Notes under the pieces: generated by a model | Told to the model about the DNA's origin: nothing | The model's database searches: none | The model's input: the letters and a program-made list of their open reading frames with translations, nothing else | Position numbers and translations under genes: made by a program | Shown here: one piece after another, positions 30,280 to 32,000 of the stretch | Position numbering within the stretch: position 1 is the stretch's first letter | Layout of the letters: every line of letters starts with the position of its first letter | Source of the DNA: Propionibacterium ruminifibrarum | GTDB taxonomy: Bacteria; Actinomycetota; Actinomycetes; Propionibacteriales; Propionibacteriaceae | Assembly: GCF_900289195.1 (NCBI RefSeq) | Contig: NZ_OMOH01000009.1 | Span: forward strand, 54,069-86,068 | Length of the DNA stretch: 32,000 bases | Direction: 5' to 3'

Positions 30280-32000
30280 ATGTCGGGCAGGACAACTCTT
30301 CGGCACGGGTGGGCAGTGTCGCTCGCGGTGCTCGCGACCATCACGCTGACGATCTCGCCGTTGGCACAGGCCGATCCCACACCATCCCCCTCGGACCAGA
30401 ACAGCGCACAGAGCCAACACCAGGACCAGACCGAGACAGCCGAGGACGTCTCCGGCCAGGCAGACGAAACCCCAGCTGAGGGCTCGGAGCCTCTCGAGAA
30501 CATCGAGACCGCCGAGGCCGTCGTCACCGAGACGGACAGCGCGGGACTCGTCACCTCGACGACCGTTGAGAACCCCTCCGACGAGTTCACCGTCAAGGAT
30601 GCGGACAGCGATCCGGGCACCGAAGCCAATGCGCCGGATGAGACCACCGCAGGGAGCGACCCTGTTCCGACAAGCCCTGAAGCGGAGCAACCCACCCCGG
30701 CTCAGAGCACCAGCAGTTCTGCAGAGCCATCCCAGGCCACTTCTGCGTCGCCAACGCCGACCAGCGCGCCCACTGCGGATGACGGCACAACCGTCCTGGA
30801 GGACATCCAGACCGACAGTGTCGGCGGGTTCTCGATGGTCGGCGTGACCTGGGACACCCTGACCGGCGACAATCTCGGTCTGCACATCCGGACCCAGACG
30901 GCCGGCGGCTGGAGCGAGTGGTACGAGGTCACTCCGGACCAGGAGGAGACCGAGCAGAGGGCCACCGGCGTCATCTACGTCGAGGACTCCACCGCGGTCG
31001 AGGTGCAGGCGACCGGTGCCGCAGGAGCCAGGGCCGAGGGCATGCGGGCGGTGCTCATCGACACGCCAACCCAGAGCCATGACCCGAGCACGGGTTCGGC
31101 CGCCGCTGCAGTGACCGGCGAGGCCACGGTGGGAACCGTGCTGGCGACGAACAGCTCCGTGTCGCAGCCGAACATGATCACCCGTAGTCGGTGGGGTGCC
31201 ATGGCCCAAGACGGCTGCGAGGCGAACTCCGACACGATCAAGGCCGTCGCGGTGCACCACACCGCGGGCAGCAACAACTACTCGTCGGGCCAGTCGGCGT
31301 CAATCGTGCGCGGTATTCAGTACTACCACGAGGTGACGCTGGGCTGGTGCGACATCGGCTACAACTTCCTCGTCGACCAGTACGGCCAGATCTTCGAAGG
31401 AAAGGGCGGCGGCCCAACCTTCCCCGTGCACGGCGCCCACGCCAGCACCTGGAACTGGGAGACCGTCGGGGTCAGCCTGATGATGAACTCCAACACGGCG
31501 CAGCCCTCCAATGCCATGCTGAACTCCCTGGAGGACCTCATCGCCTGGAAGATCGCCAACAACTACCTCAACCCGCTCGGCACCGTCACGCTCGGCGGCA
31601 AGAGGATCAACGTCATCTTCCGCCATGGCGACGTCATGAGTACCGAGTGCCCGGGCACGAACGTGACCAACCGCATGTCACAGATCCGCAGCGCGGTCGC
31701 ATCACGGGTGCAGGGCAAGACCTACTCCAACATCTACGACACCTGGCAGGCCAACGGCGGTGCCGGCGGCAGGTACGGGGTCGTCTACGAGATGGAGCAC
31801 GGTGTCTCGGGCGGGCGTCAGACCAACTTCGCGCACGGTTCGATCTACGCGGCGTCCAACGGCACGATCTATGCCGTGCACAACGCGATCGGGAACAAAT
31901 ATGCCGCGCTCGGCTACGAGCACAGTGTCCTCGGGGTCCCCACCGGGCCTGAGATCTGCGGCATCAAGGACGGCGGCTGCTACCAACTCTTCCAAGGCGG
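30280..32000 (+). CDS. Secreted N-acetylmuramoyl-L-alanine amidase (Amidase_2/PGRP) with C-terminal LGFP repeats; 3' end beyond window
   Basis: Hand-translated; it is absent from the track because no stop occurs in the window. The signal peptide is MSGRTTLRHGWAVSLAVLATITLTISPLAQA, followed by an acidic P/T/S/E-rich region. Amidase_2 motifs are RSRWGA, AVHHTAGSN, CDIGYNFLVDQYGQIFEGKGGG, HGAHAS, RHGDVMSTECPG. An LGFP repeat follows (LGVPTGPEICGIKDGGCYQLFQGG). AGGAG lies 4 nt upstream of the ATG. Confidence 0.85.
   Translation, partial: MSGRTTLRHGWAVSLAVLATITLTISPLAQADPTPSPSDQNSAQSQHQDQTETAEDVSGQADETPAEGSEPLENIETAEAVVTETDSAGLVTSTTVENPSDEFTVKDADSDPGTEANAPDETTAGSDPVPTSPEAEQPTPAQSTSSSAEPSQATSASPTPTSAPTADDGTTVLEDIQTDSVGGFSMVGVTWDTLTGDNLGLHIRTQTAGGWSEWYEVTPDQEETEQRATGVIYVEDSTAVEVQATGAAGARAEGMRAVLIDTPTQSHDPSTGSAAAAVTGEATVGTVLATNSSVSQPNMITRSRWGAMAQDGCEANSDTIKAVAVHHTAGSNNYSSGQSASIVRGIQYYHEVTLGWCDIGYNFLVDQYGQIFEGKGGGPTFPVHGAHASTWNWETVGVSLMMNSNTAQPSNAMLNSLEDLIAWKIANNYLNPLGTVTLGGKRINVIFRHGDVMSTECPGTNVTNRMSQIRSAVASRVQGKTYSNIYDTWQANGGAGGRYGVVYEMEHGVSGGRQTNFAHGSIYAASNGTIYAVHNAIGNKYAALGYEHSVLGVPTGPEICGIKDGGCYQLFQG

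Noticed and set aside
30157-31260. 367-aa minus-strand ORF and 31191..31952 (+) 253-aa ORF
   Set aside because: Both overlap the hand-translated amidase-LGFP gene (30280..32000, +), which has a signal peptide and complete Amidase_2 motifs. The alternatives are Arg/Gly-rich with no motifs.

Overview
High-GC actinobacterial chromosome segment; the exact taxon cannot be determined from the sequence alone. About 1-6.9 kb is housekeeping: a divergent response-regulator fragment and HisKA_3 histidine kinase, a DUF1648-like membrane protein, pta-ackA, an SDR oxidoreductase and a PlsC-type acyltransferase. From about 6.9 kb to the window end is a cell-envelope glycopolymer locus. It holds an all-LGFP secreted protein, a GlfT1-like GT2 and a second GT2, and a tightly coupled minus-strand glf-glfT2-wzm-wzt operon. 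It also holds a Wzx-like flippase, further GT2 genes (one decayed paralog), an rmlC-like remnant, rmlB and galE. Its right end carries a GtrB-like GT2 + DUF2304-like + large GT-C-like membrane protein triad and a secreted Amidase_2-LGFP peptidoglycan hydrolase that runs off the window end. An AT-richer island sits in the convergent gap of this locus (about 10.2-15.2 kb). I found no integrase, att repeats or phage structural genes in it. It keeps an apparently intact GH19-LysM endolysin + r1t-type holin cassette with a strong SD and a perfect 12-bp terminator stem. An XRE-HTH / minimal ImmA-IrrE metalloprotease pair and a membrane-protein gene broken across at least three frames follow it. This orphan 'repressor/protease switch + lysis cassette' is the best candidate for something functionally new, such as regulated autolysis or abortive infection. 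That role is inference only. Many long ORFs in the supplied track are antisense or off-frame artefacts of high GC content and were rejected.
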